Assembly: GCF_009914755.1 (NCBI RefSeq)
Contig: NC_060930.1
Source of the DNA: the human T2T-CHM13v2.0 reference genome, Homo sapiens
Strand: one strand, 5' to 3'
Length of the DNA: 64,000 nucleotides
Each line of letters opens with the position of its first letter. Position 1 is the stretch's first letter. A model generated the notes under the pieces. That model saw nothing but the letters and a program-made list of their open reading frames with translations, had not been told where the DNA came from and ran no database searches. Of the stretch, positions 1 to 20,984 are shown piece by piece. Both the position numbers and the translations under genes were made by a program.

Positions 1-238
1 CATTAGATCATGATTCCCATATGGTTCTTGTGTTGACCTTTTTGTTTTTTGTTTGAGAATGTCTAAGTAATTTACAGATGTGATAAATTTGTTGCATTTC
101 TTCTGTCACGTGTGTCTTTTTTCCAGCATTTTGCAAGGGGGGCTACGTTTTTTGTTTTTAATTGAAGTCCCATCAAACTCTCCCTAAATCGTATTTTCTG
201 ACTCCCTTTTTCTCCCTCTTCTTTGTTTTGTCCTGCAG

Positions 239-363
239 CTCCTGGAATGAGGCCGCCCATGGGAGGCCATATGCCAATGATGCCTGGGCCCCCAATGATG
301 AGACCTCCTGCCCGTCCCATGATGGTGCCCACTCGGCCCGGAATGACTCGACCAGACAGATAA
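239..363 (+). CDS. SNRPC: U1 snRNP protein C, last coding exon
   Basis: Pyrimidine tract + CAG acceptor (237-238). Reads (A)[40 protein letters not shown] with TAA at 361-363, the Pro/Met-rich C-terminus of U1-C. Confidence 0.97.
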
Positions 364-558
364 GGATAGAGGGGAGGCCTTATTGTATCGGTTTTATATT
401 ACCTGTTCTGCTTCACCAGGAGATCATGCTGCTGTGATACTGAGTTTTCTAAACAGCATAAGGAAGACTTGCTCCCCTGTCCTATGAAAGAGAATAGTTT
501 TGGAGGGGAGAAGTGGGACAAAAAAGATGCAGTTTTCCTTTGTATTGGGAAATGTGAA

Positions 559-610
559 AATAAAATTGTCAACTCTTTCAGTTAAAAGTGTGTTCCCTTT
601 TTCCTCCTCT
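559..610 (+). terminator. SNRPC: SNRPC polyadenylation signal and downstream GU/U-rich element
   Basis: AATAAA at 559-564, followed ~25 nt later by GTGTGTTCCCTTTTT. Confidence 0.85.
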
Positions 611-810
611 CTGTGTTCTCTGTGTATTATAAAAGAAATGAAACATTCCAGTTCTGTTTCTCTAGCTCATTATCTCTTCAGCATATCCTCTGCGTGAGAT
701 TATTTTTTCTTAGCTATATGGTAAATCTCTTTGGGCATCCTCCCTTTATTAGTAAAGTCATCTTGTACAGCACTAAATCTAGCACTTGCAGAGCTTTTGT
801 TGGTTAAAAT

Positions 811-816
811 AATAAA
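811..816 (+). terminator. Possible distal poly(A) signal of SNRPC
   Basis: Second AATAAA ~250 nt downstream, with T-rich sequence after it. Confidence 0.35.
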
Positions 817-1033
817 CAGCTTGGTTCATTTTTCACATGAATAACACTTTGTATAGTAAGTGGAAAATTTTAAGTCTTTTATGCTGAAGTAAGGGAAAAT
901 AGTTCCCATCGTGTGCATGTCAGCCAAGAATGGGAAGAATTGCCTTAACCTCAGCTTCTCCTTTCTCTCAGCTCCCCTCTTTCTTGGGCTCAAATAATCT
1001 GAAAAATTTCTCCTTTTTAAAAAATAACTTTAA

Positions 1034-6960
<5,927 letters not shown>

Positions 6961-6999
6961 GATAAGGAGACATAAAAGAAGGTAAGATGTCTGCACTTT

Positions 7000-7281
7000 G
7001 GCCGGGCGCGGTGGCTCATGCTTGTAATCCCAGCACTTTGGGAGGCCGAGGCGGGCGGATCACAAGGTCAGGAGATCGAGACCAAGGTGAAACCCCGTCT
7101 CTACTAAAAATACAAAAAATTAGCCGGGCGTGGTGGCGGGCGCCTGTAGTCCCAGCTACTCGAGAGGCTGCAGCAGGACAATGGCGTAACCCGGGAGGCA
7201 GAGCTTGCAGTGAGTCGAGATTGCGCCACTGCACTCCAGCCTGGGCGACAGAGGGAGACTCCGTCTCAAAAAAAAAAAAAA
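7000..7281 (+). mobile_element. AluY with 12-bp left-arm deletion (AluYd-like)
   Basis: GAGATCGAGACCAAGGTGAAACCCC lacks the usual TCCTGGCTAAC segment. TSD ATGTCTGCACTT / ATGTCCACACTT. Confidence 0.75.
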
Positions 7282-7399
7282 TGTCCACACTTCACTTGAA
7301 CTGGTAAATGTCAACACCAGTAGATGTGATAAGGTGTGTATATATAATGTAATAACCCAGAGAAACAACTAAAAGCTATACAAAGAGATACACACAAAA

Positions 7400-8076
7400 A
7401 CATGATAGATTCTTTATATTAATTTTTATTTTTATTTTATTTTATTTATTATTTATTTTTTATTTTTTTGAGATGGAATCTCGCTCTGTCGCCCAGGCTG
7501 GAGTGCAGTGGCGTCATCTCGGCTCACTGCAAGCTCCGTCTACCAGCTTCACGCCATTCTCCTGCCTCAGCCTCCTGAGCATCTGGGACCACAGGCGCCC
7601 AACACCACGCTCGGCTAATTTTTTTGTATTTTTAGTAGAGTCGAGGTTTCACCGTGTTAGCCAGGATGGTTTCGATTTCCTGACCTTGTGATCCACCCAC
7701 CTCGGCCTCCCAAAGTGCAAGGATTACAGGCGTGAGCCACTGTGCCCGCACATTTTTATTTTATTTTATTTTATTTTTTGAGGCGGAGTCTCACTCTGTC
7801 ACCCAGGCTGGAGTGCAGTGGCGCGATCTTGGCTTACTGCACGCTCCGCTTCCCCGGTTCACGCCATTCTCCTGCCTCAGCCTTCGAGTAGCTGGGACTA
7901 CAGGTGCCCCCGCTACATCCGGCTAATTTATTTATTTATTTATTTTTGTTGTATTTTTAGTAGAGACGGGGTTTCGCCGTGTTAGCCAGGATGGTCTCGA
8001 TCTCCTGACCTCGTGATCCTCCCGCCTTGGCCTCCCAAAGTGCTGGGATTACAGGTGTGAGCCACGGCGCCCGGCC
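7400..8076 (-). mobile_element. Two tandem AluY-like elements with (TTTA)n tails
   Basis: Alu motifs. Outer TSD ATAGATTCTTTAT (~7385 and ~8078). Confidence 0.9.
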
Positions 8077-8089
8077 GATAGATTCTTTA

Positions 8090-9075
8090 TTTTAAAACTT
8101 ATTACAAAACTAATTAATCAAGACGCTGTGGTACTTGCATAAGAATAGACATATAGATAAATGAAACAGAATTAAGAGTCCAGAAGTAAACCCTTGCGTT
8201 TGTGATCAATTGATTTTCACCAAGACAATTCAATGGGGAAGAAAATGGTTTCAACAAATGTTGCTAGGACAACTGGATATCCCCATGCAAAATTATGAAG
8301 TCGATTCCCTGCATCACACCATATACAAAAATTATATATGGGTCATGTTAAAATGGATCATATTCCTAAATGTAAGAGCTAAAACTATACAATCTTAGAA
8401 GAGAATATAGATGTAAATCTTCATGTCTTCAGATTAGGCAATGATTTCTTAGATATGACACCAAAAGCACAGCAACACAAGTTGGGGGAAGATAAACTGG
8501 GTATCAACAAAGTTTTTTGCACTTCATTTTTCTTTTTCTTTTTTTTTTTTGTTTTTGAGACAGAGTCTCACTCTGTTGCCTAGGCTAGAGTACAGTGGCA
8601 CAATCCCAGCTTACTGCAATCTCTGCCTCTCAGGTTTAAGCGATTCCCCTGCCTCAGCCACCTGAGTAGCTGGGACTATACGCGTGTGCCACCACACCTG
8701 GCTAACTTTTTTGTATTTTTAGTAGAGATGGGGTTTCACCATGTTGGCCAGGCTGGTCTTGAACTCCTGACCTCAGGTGATATGCCCACCTTGGCCTCCT
8801 GAAGTGCTGGGATTACAGGCGTGAGCCACCGTGCCCAGCCTGCACTTCATTTTTCTATCAGGAAAATTAAGACAACTCACAGAATGGGAGAAAGTCTTTG
8901 CAAATAATGTATCGTGTAAGGGACTTGTATCTACAATATATAAAGAAGTATAACTCAACAAATAAAAAGACAATTAAAAAATCGATGAGATCCGTAGAGA
9001 CATTTTTTCCAAAGAAGATTTACAAATGGCCAAAAACCCATGAAAAGATATTCAACATTAGCCATCTAGGAAATG
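8090..9075 (+). mobile_element. L1M ORF2 3' relic interrupted by a minus-strand Alu (~8530-8841)
   Basis: L1 ORF2-like text (GAGTCCAGAAGTAAACCC, CAATTCAATGGGG, TTCTTAGATATGACACCAAAAGCAC). TSD TGCACTTCATTTTT around the Alu. Confidence 0.8.
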
Positions 9076-9316
9076 CACACAAATCCTTAGCCAAATATTG
9101 GCAATCAGAATTCAGTAATATATGAACATTATATACCATGACCAAAAGAGGTCTGTTTCGGGGATGCAGGCTGATTCAGTATTTGAAAATCATTAGGCTG
9201 GGCGTGGTGGCTCACGCCTGTAATCCCAACACTTTGAGAGGCTGAGGTGGGCAGATCACCTGAGGTCAGGAGTTTGAGACCAGCCTGATCAACATGGAGA
9301 AACCACATCTCTACTA

Positions 9317-9486
<170 letters not shown>

Positions 9487-9531
9487 TTACTGCCGGGCGC
9501 GGTGGCTAACGCCTGTAATCCCAGCACTTTA

Positions 9532-9845
<314 letters not shown>

Positions 9846-10113
9846 TTAAATTTAATCCACCATGTTAACAGGCTAAATAAGAAAAATTCTTGATCATAGC
9901 ATTTCATGCAGACAAAGCATTTGACAAAATTCAACACTTGATAAAAGTAGAGAAAAATAGAGAACTTCCTCAACTTGTTAAAGAGCATCCACAAAAATCT
10001 ACAGCTGATCTATGTGTTGGCGAAAACTGAATGTTTTGCCCCTAAGTTTGGGAATAAGACAAAAATGTCCACTCTTAGCACTCTTTTTAACAAAGTACTT
10101 GAAGTTTTAGCTA

Positions 10114-10365
<252 letters not shown>

Positions 10366-11607
10366 TTAAGGAATCTACAAAACGACCTCATACTACAAAA
10401 TACTACTTCAACCTATAAAAAGAGCTAATGAGTGAGTTCAGCAAAGTTTCAAGGTACAAGATAAACATCCAAAAATAATGGTTTTTCTGTATACTAGCAA
10501 TGAGCACGTGGACACATACATTAAAAATAACATAACTGCTCAAAAGAAAAAACAGATGTAAATCTAATAAAACTAGTATAGGCTGGGTATGCTAAAAAGT
10601 ACATAGTGCTGATGAAAGAAATCACAGAAGATCAAAATAAATATATTAGAAGACTGAATATAATAAATATGTTTATTCACCCTAATTTGATATACACTTT
10701 TAACCCCATTCCTGTTAAAATTCCAGCAAGATGTTTGTAGATATAGACAGGATTATTCTAAAATTTAAATGGTTGGGCCGGGCATAGTAGCTCACGCCTG
10801 TAATTCCAGCACTTTGGGAGGCTGAGACGGGCAGATCGCTTGAGGCCAGCCTGGCCAACATGTCTCTACTGAAAATACAAAAATACGAAAATACTGAAAA
10901 TACAAAAATTAGCCAGGCATGATGGCAGGCACCTGTAATCCCAGCTACTCAAGAGGTCGAGGCATGAGAATCACTTGAACTCAGGAGGTGGAGGTTGCAA
11001 TGAGCTGAGATCGTGCCACTGCCCTCCAGCCTGGGTGACTCTGTCTCAAAAAAATAAAAATAAAAATAAAAAATTTAAATGGGAAGATAAAGAAACTAGA
11101 ATAGCAAAAACGATTTTGAGAAAGAATAGGCCGGGTGTGGTGGCCCACGCCTGTAATTCCAACACTCTGGAACACCTGGAGATTGCACCACTGCACTCCA
11201 GCCTGGGCAACATACTGAGACCCCATCTCTACAAAAATAAAAATTAGCTGGGTATGGTGGCATGCACTTGTGGTCCCAGTTACTGGGGAGGCTGAGGCAG
11301 GAGGATCATTTAAGCCCAGGAGGTTGAGGCTGTAGCTATGATCACACCACTGTACTCGGTGACGGGGCAAGATCCTGTCTCTTAAAAACAAAAAAGGAAT
11401 AAAGTGGGAGGATTCTACCTGATTTCAAGACTTATTACATAGCTACACTTATCAAGACTGTGTGGTATTGGGAGAAGGACATAGATCAATGAAACTAAAT
11501 AGAGATCCTAGAAATAGATCCACATAAATATGCCCAACTGGGCCAGGGGCAGTGGCTCACACCTGTAATCCCAGCACTTGGGAGGCCAAGGCAGGTGGAT
11601 CACTTCA

Positions 11608-12466
<859 letters not shown>

Positions 12467-14335
12467 GTCTCCCTCTCTCTCTCCCTCTCCCTCTCCCTCT
12501 CCCTCACCCTCCCCCTCTCCCTCTCCCCTCTTTCCACGGTCTCCCTCTCCCTCTCCCTCTCTTTCCACGGTCTCCCTCTCCCTCTCCCTCTCCCCTCTTT
12601 CCACGGTCTCCCTCTCCCTCTCCCCTCTTTCCACGGTCTCCCTCTCCCTCTCTTTCCACGGTCTCCCTCTCATGCCGAGCCGAAGCTGGACTGTGCTGTT
12701 GCCATCTCGGCTCACTGCAACCTCCCTGCCTGATTCTCCTGCCTCAGCCTGCCGAGTGCCTGCAATTGCAGGTGCGCGGCCACGCCTGACTGGTTTTCGT
12801 ATTTTTTTGGTGGAGACGGGGTTTCGCTGTGATGGCCGGGCTGGTCTCCAGCTCCTGACCGCGAGTGATCCGCCAGCCTCGGCCTCCCGAGGTGCCGGGA
12901 TTGCAGACGGAGTCTCGTTAACTCAGTGCTCAATGGTGCCCAGGCTGGAGTGCAGTGGCGTGATCTCGGCTCGCTACAACCTCCACCTCCCAGCCGCCTG
13001 CCTTGGCCTCCCAAAGTGCCGAGATTGCAGCCTCTGCCCGGCCGCTACCCCGTCTGGGAAGTGAGGAGCGTCTCTGCCTGGCCGCCCATCGTCTGGGATG
13101 TGAGGAGCCCCTCTGCCTGGCTGCCCAGTCTGGAAAGTGAGGAGCGTCTCTGCCCGGCCGCCATCACACCTAGGAAGTGAGGAGCGCCTCTTCCCGGCCG
13201 CCATCCCATCTAGGAAGTGAGGAGCGTCTCTGCCCGGCCGCCCATCGTCTGAGATGTGGGGAGCGCCTCTGCCCTGCTGCCCCGTCTGGGATGTGAGGAG
13301 CGCCTCGGCCCGGCCGCGACCCTGTCTGGGAGGTGAGGAGCGTCTCTGCCCGGCCGCCCTGTCTGAGAAGTGAGGAGACCCCCCGCCTGGCAACCGCCCC
13401 GTCTGAGAAGTGAGGAGCCCCTCCGCCCTGCTGCCACCCCGTCTGGGAAGTGAGGAGCGTCTCCGCCCAGCAGCCACCCTGTCCGGGAGGGAGGTGGGGG
13501 TCAGCCCCCACCAGGCCAGCCGCCCCGTCCGGGAGGGAGGTGGGGGGTCAGCCCCCCACCCGGCCAGCCGCCCCGTCCGGGAGGTGAGGGGTGCCTCTGC
13601 CCGGCCGCCCCTACTGGGAAGTGAGGAGCCCTCTGCCCGGCCAGCCGCCCCGTCTGGGAGGGAGGTGGGGGAGTCAGCCCCCCGCCCGGCCAGCCGCCCC
13701 GTCCGGGAGGGAGGTGGGGGGGGTCAGCCCCCCACCCGGCCAGCCGCCCCGTCCGGGAGGTGAGGGGCGCCTCTGCCCGGCCGCCCCTACTGGGAAGTGA
13801 GGAGCCCCTCTGCCCGGCCACCACCCCGTCTGGGAGGTGTACCCAACAGCTCATTGAGAACGGGCCATGATGACAATGGCGATTTTGTGGAATAGAAAAG
13901 GGGGAAAGGTGGGAAAAAGAATGAGAAATCGGATGGTTGCTGTGTCTGTGTAGAAAGAAGTAGACATGGGAGACTTTTCATTTTGTTCAGTACTAAGAAA
14001 AATTCTTCTGCCTTGGGATCCTGTTGATCTATGACCTTACCCCCAACCCTGTGCTCTCTGAAACATGTGCTGTGTCCACTCAGGGTTAAATGGATTAAGG
14101 GCGGTGCAAGATGTGCTTTGTTAAACAGACGCTTGAAGGCAGCATGTTCGTTAATAGTCATCACCACTCCCTAATCTCAAGTACCCAGGGACACAAACAC
14201 TCTGCCTAGGAAAACCAGAGACCTTTGTTCACTTGTTTATCTGCTGACCTTCCCTCCACTATTGTCCTATGACCCTGCCAAATCCCCCTCTGGGAGAAAC
14301 ACCCAAGAATGATCAATAAAAAAATAAAAAAATAC
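12467..14335 (+). mobile_element. Full-length SVA retrotransposon (SVA_D-like)
   Basis: CCCTCT hexamer region (~12467-12670), Alu-like domain (~12670-13030), GC-rich VNTR (~13030-13835), SINE-R (~13835-14320), AATAAA 14315-14320 + A-rich tail. 15-bp TSD AAAAATACAAAAATT (12452-12466 and 14336-14350). Confidence 0.96.
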
Positions 14336-15586
14336 AAAAATACAAAAATTAGCTGGGTGTGATGGCACATGCCTGTAGTACCAGCTACTCAGTGGGGTGG
14401 GGAGAGGGTTGAGGTGGGAGAATTGCTTGAACCTTGGAGGTGGAGGCTGCAGTGAACGTGATTGCGCCACTGCACTCCAACCTGGATGACAGAGTGAGAC
14501 CCTGTCTCAGAAAAAAAAAAGAAGAAGAAAGAAAGAAAGATTTGCAAATGACATACCAAACAAGAGACTAATATTTCAAATACATAAATAACTCTCAAAA
14601 CTCAAGGGTAAAAAAAGAAAATCCAATTAGAATGTGGGCAAAAGATATGAAGAGGGATTTCACTGAAGCAGATATACAGATGGCAAATCATGTGAAAAGG
14701 TATTCAATGTCATTGGCCATTAGGGAAATACAAATCAAAACTACAATAAGGTATCACTACATACCTATCAAATGGCTAAAATAAATATAGTGACAACACA
14801 AATTATGGTGAAGATACAGAGAAACTGGATCACTTACACACTGCTGGTGGGAATGTGAAATGATAATAGTCATTCTGAATACCAGTTTGGCAGTTTTTAG
14901 ATATGCTAAACATTCAACTACCATACAACCCAGCTATTGCACTCCTGGGCACTTATCCCAGCAAAATGAAAACTAATGCTCACACAAACACCTGTACACA
15001 AATATTTATAGCAGGCTTATTCATAATAATAGAAAACTGGAAACAGCCCAGATGTCCTTCAGCAGGTGAATGGTTAAGCAAACTGTGGTATATCTATATC
15101 ATGGAATACTACTCATCAGGAAAAAGGAACAAACTATTCATACACATAACTACCTGGATGAATCTCCAGAGAATTATGCTGATGGAAAAAGTACCCTCAG
15201 GCCGGGCACGTGGTGGCTCACACCTGTAATCTCAGCTCTTTGGGAGGCCGAAGTGGGAGTATCGCTTGAGCCCAGGAGTTCAATGCCAGCCCGGGCAACA
15301 TAGCAAGATCCTGTCTCTACCAAAAATAAAACAATTAGCCAGGCATGGTGGCATGTGCCTGTAGTCCCAGCCACTCAGGAGGCTGAGGTGGGAGGATCAC
15401 TTGAGACCAGGAGTTGGAGGCTACAGTGAGCTATGATTGCACCACTGCACTCCATCCCAGGCAACAACACAGCGAGACCCCATCTCTAAAAATAATAATA
15501 AAAATTAAAAATAAATAATAAGAAAAAGTACAGTCCCCAAAGGTTACATACTATATGGTTCCATTTATATAACATTCTTGAAATTA

Positions 15587-16008
<422 letters not shown>

Positions 16009-16156
16009 CTATTGATGTCAATATCTTGGTTGTAATATTGCAATATAGTTTTGCAAGATGTTATTATTGGGGAGAACTAGGTAAAGGATACAAGGATTTA
16101 TTTGTATTATTTCTCTCTTTCTCTCTCTCTCTTTTTTTTTTTTTTTTTTGAGATAG

Positions 16157-16339
<183 letters not shown>

Positions 16340-16529
16340 TGAACTCCTGACCTCAAGTGATCCCCCCGCCTTGGCCTCCCAAAGTGCTAGGATTACAGGC
16401 ATGAGCCACCACGGCTGGCCTATTTGTATTATTTCTTACAACTGAATGTTAATCTATAATCATCTCAATATAAAATGTTTAATTTGAAAAAAATGCATGG
16501 ATTGGCTTCAGATCCCTTTTGTCTTTTAA

Positions 16530-17752
<1,223 letters not shown>

Positions 17753-18074
17753 TAGACTATCTCTGGAATTAGGGAGTAATTGTTTTGAGGGAAACAATTG
17801 TTTTGGAGCACCCTGAATGACTGACGGGGGAGACAGGGAGATATGGTTGAATGTCTTTGGTTTTATATTAAAGAATGACTACATTTAAAATGCAATATTA
17901 GCTGGGGGCCAGACTTCCTATAAGGCTGTCTCAAGAGGTTTTTGTTTTTCTTTTTTTTTCCAAGTTTTTGCTTGAAGGCTTAAGTCCGGAGAACTGTCAC
18001 CTTTCCATCTTTGCCATTGGGTCTACGGGTGTCGCCGGCATGCGGGTTACACTTTTAAGCATATGGATGAAATA

Positions 18075-18230
18075 GAGTGCATCTAACACTTGACTGGGAG
18101 TCAGAATATTTGGGTTCTAGTCCTGGGTGGCCCTAAGTAGGTGACCTTGGGAAAGCTCTTATTTCCCAGGGCTTCCGTTTCCGTATTTGCACAGTGAAGA
18201 AGCTGATCTCTAAAGTCCTAGGTCATTTTA
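18075..18230 (+). mobile_element. MIR-like SINE
   Basis: GGAGTCAGAA...TGGGTTCTAGTCCTGG...GTGACCTTGGGAAAG core-like motif. Confidence 0.6.
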
Positions 18231-18915
18231 ACAATTGACCGTCTCAGTTTCTTCTGACCCCACATTTGGGAGGGAGTGCTTCTGCAGTGAGCCGCTCAGG
18301 TCTTGAGTAAATACATTTTGCCCATCGGTTCAGGAGACGAGACTAAGGGAGGCACCAAGAGGGTGACGGGCGCCCCCTTCCCAGCTCTCCAGCACAAAGC
18401 CCTTCGCAGGTGACCGCAGCGGTTGGTTCGCGTGTCCCATCTATGGGTCTGTGAGGTCCTTGATACTACTTTTCAGTCCCCAGCCCGATACCTGGAGTAC
18501 AGCTGGTGCTCAACAAATACTGAATGTGTGAGGGAAATAAATGAGAGGCGGACGCTGGCATCCGGGAGCTGCGCAATGATCTAACGAATTTCTGCAAAAA
18601 TTACAACTACCCCGCCTTTCTCCTAGGTTTCAAGGCGACTGCCGGGTGCGAAAGGAACCGCACACCCCTCAGAGGCGAAAGAAGCGTTTCAGACCCGAGA
18701 GGCGGACGGGAGCGCGGAGGGAGGAAGCTCGAGCCAGCCAGCCCCGGCGCTGCGCGCGCCGCCGCCCCTCACCGCGCGCGCCTCTGGCCGCCGCAAGCAA
18801 GGCCGGCGGGTGGCGCGCGATCTTCGCGTCGCTCTGGGCGGGCGGCCGCGGCGCCGCGCTGGTGGGTGGGATCGTGGCGGAGCGCCAGGCGCCCGAACAG
18901 GGGCGAGAAAGCGCC

Positions 18916-18916
18916 A

Positions 18917-18956
<40 letters not shown>

Positions 18957-18987
18957 TGTGTCCGGTGCTCACGCCGCGGCGAGGTGA
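18916..18987 (+). CDS. Upstream ORF, 23 aa MAAAAAAAAAAAAAVSGAHAAAR (possible alternative first coding exon 18916-18983)
   Basis: GCGCCATGG optimal Kozak context. In frame with the main ATG (150 nt upstream). TGA 18985-18987 lies within GAG|GTGAGG. Confidence 0.6.
18918..18956 (+). repeat. Pure (GGC)13 / (GCG)12 trinucleotide repeat in the BLTP3A leader
   Basis: Counted directly from the sequence. Confidence 0.97.
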
Positions 18988-19065
18988 GGGGGCCGCCTCT
19001 TCTCCACAACTGAGGAGGCCACAGCTGCCGGCCCACCCGCCTTCCACGCGGGCCGCGGCTCCGGC

Positions 19066-19109
19066 ATGGCCGGGATCATTAAGAAGCAGATCCTGAAACA
19101 CCTGTCCCG
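19066..19109 (+). CDS. BLTP3A: BLTP3A (UHRF1BP1) coding exon 1
   Basis: GGCATGG Kozak. MAGIIKKQILKHLS(R), start of the chorein-N region. Donor CCG|GTGAGA, 44 nt, phase 2. Confidence 0.96.
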
Positions 19110-20726
19110 GTGAGAGCGCCAGCGCCGGCCCCCGGCGGTCCTGGGCCCTTCCTAACCCTCTCCGACCTCCTCCCTGACGCCGCGCTCCGGGCCCAGTCTC
19201 CCTCTCTCCAGCCCGGAGCCCGGACTCCGTGGCAGCCCCTGCCTAACTCGAGCCCGGACAGCTTCTCCCCGCGCCCGCCGGCGCCCACCGTTGTCGCCGC
19301 TCTGTGCTTCCCCCGCGCTGGGCCCTCCTGTCCTGGCGCCGGTGCCGCTAGTCTCTCCCCACCCTAACAACCCCCTGGACTTTTTCTTTCCCCTCAAGGC
19401 CCTTCTGGCCTGCTGTCCCCACCTCCCACACCTCCAAGCAGGTCACCCCGTGCTCCCTTGACCGTCTTTCCGAGGCCCCCACGAAGCCCACTCTTGCCTG
19501 CCCGAACCAGCTGTCTTCTCTCTGCTTTCTCTGGCCTTCGGGCCCCTGCCCCTTCCTTTGGGCCTCTGACCGCCCTCCTCTCCCAGATCCTATGCCCCTG
19601 CCCGTTCTAAATAACCCTGCCACCAGTCCTGCTAAGCCATTTCCCCTTAGATTTCCAACGCTGAGGCTGGTTTTCTCTTTCCCAGGAGCTCCCACCTCCT
19701 CCTCTTCTGTCTGACCCTGTTGCATCACCCTTGGAAAAGCCCAGCACCCAGGGCCGTTCCTCTGGACTTCTTTCTCCCTCTTTTGCTTTTCTTTTCATTA
19801 CATAGCCTAATTGGAGAAAGGTCATGAGAGTTGGGGATAAAGTTTCCGCAACCTTCCCTTTAAGATGTGGAGGTTTTTTTGACAGCCTGTGAAAAGAACC
19901 AACAACGTCCGCTTCTGCTTTGCAGCCTTTTATTAAGCAATGTTATGTCGCTGAGTAATTTGGCATGAGGAGGCTGGCCGGCAAAACAGTTTTGAGGTGT
20001 AGCCGAGTGACTGCTGAACCCCGTGTTGCGATTGCAGGTTGTCACAACCAGTGGCCACAAAAATTGGGAGCTAGGTTTCACTTAGTTTTCACTCCTTATT
20101 CCATGCTGGAGTTGGTGATGGTTAATACCTTAACCAGCCTTTGTATCTCAAGTAGAGAGTGACCCAGGGCTTGGCTGCACAGTGGTCAGTGGTTTTCAGG
20201 AGGTAGGGGTGAGGGGAGATGTCGGTCAACATGGGACACTCAGGCTTGCACTGATGTTTCTTTCTGGGTCTTCTCATTGCTTTGGTAAGCGGTGTGTGAG
20301 ACACTTTTCCTGCCACTGCATCCCCTTTTCCTGGCTGACACTTTGATCTGAGACTTTAATTAGTAATTAGACCCAGATCCATCTTTTGGTTAATCACCAC
20401 GTAGTAAAAGAAAAAGCACATTGGAGGCTGGTGCTGGAAAGTGCCTTTGGACCTTTTACTCAGATTAACGTAATATATTCTTTTTCAGGTGATAGTAATC
20501 TAGATGTTCCATGAGTCTGGTTTTGTGTAAAGATATAATAGTATTTGGGGCATGACCAAAGATTGCAGAATGGAACAGATAACTTAACCAGAGGAGAATT
20601 GTATAATTTGAAAGGACATAGAATTTTAGGGCTTAGAGATGATCTCACCTATCATAGCATTGTTGTTTAAGAGCCTGGGTTCTTTCTGATTTACTTTCTC
20701 TAAAATGGGGATAAGAACAGTGTCTA

Positions 20727-20945
<219 letters not shown>

Positions 20946-20984
20946 CTAGGTGACAGAGCGAGACTGTCTCAAAAAAAAAAAAAA

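Larger units (their letters stand above)
18540..19350. promoter_or_regulatory. BLTP3A: CpG island / promoter and first exon of BLTP3A
   Basis: Very high GC and CpG density, GC boxes, E2F-like TGGCGCGCGA, YY1-like ATGGCGGC. Contains the start codon. No clear TATA box. Confidence 0.92.

Noticed and set aside
72-437. ORFs 72..332 (-) and 162..437 (+) over the SNRPC exon
   Set aside because: Antisense and alternative-frame shadows of the real U1-C coding frame (239-363).
13030-13835. CRISPR-like repeat array
   Set aside because: It is the SVA VNTR: degenerate tandem units, no unique spacers, eukaryotic context.
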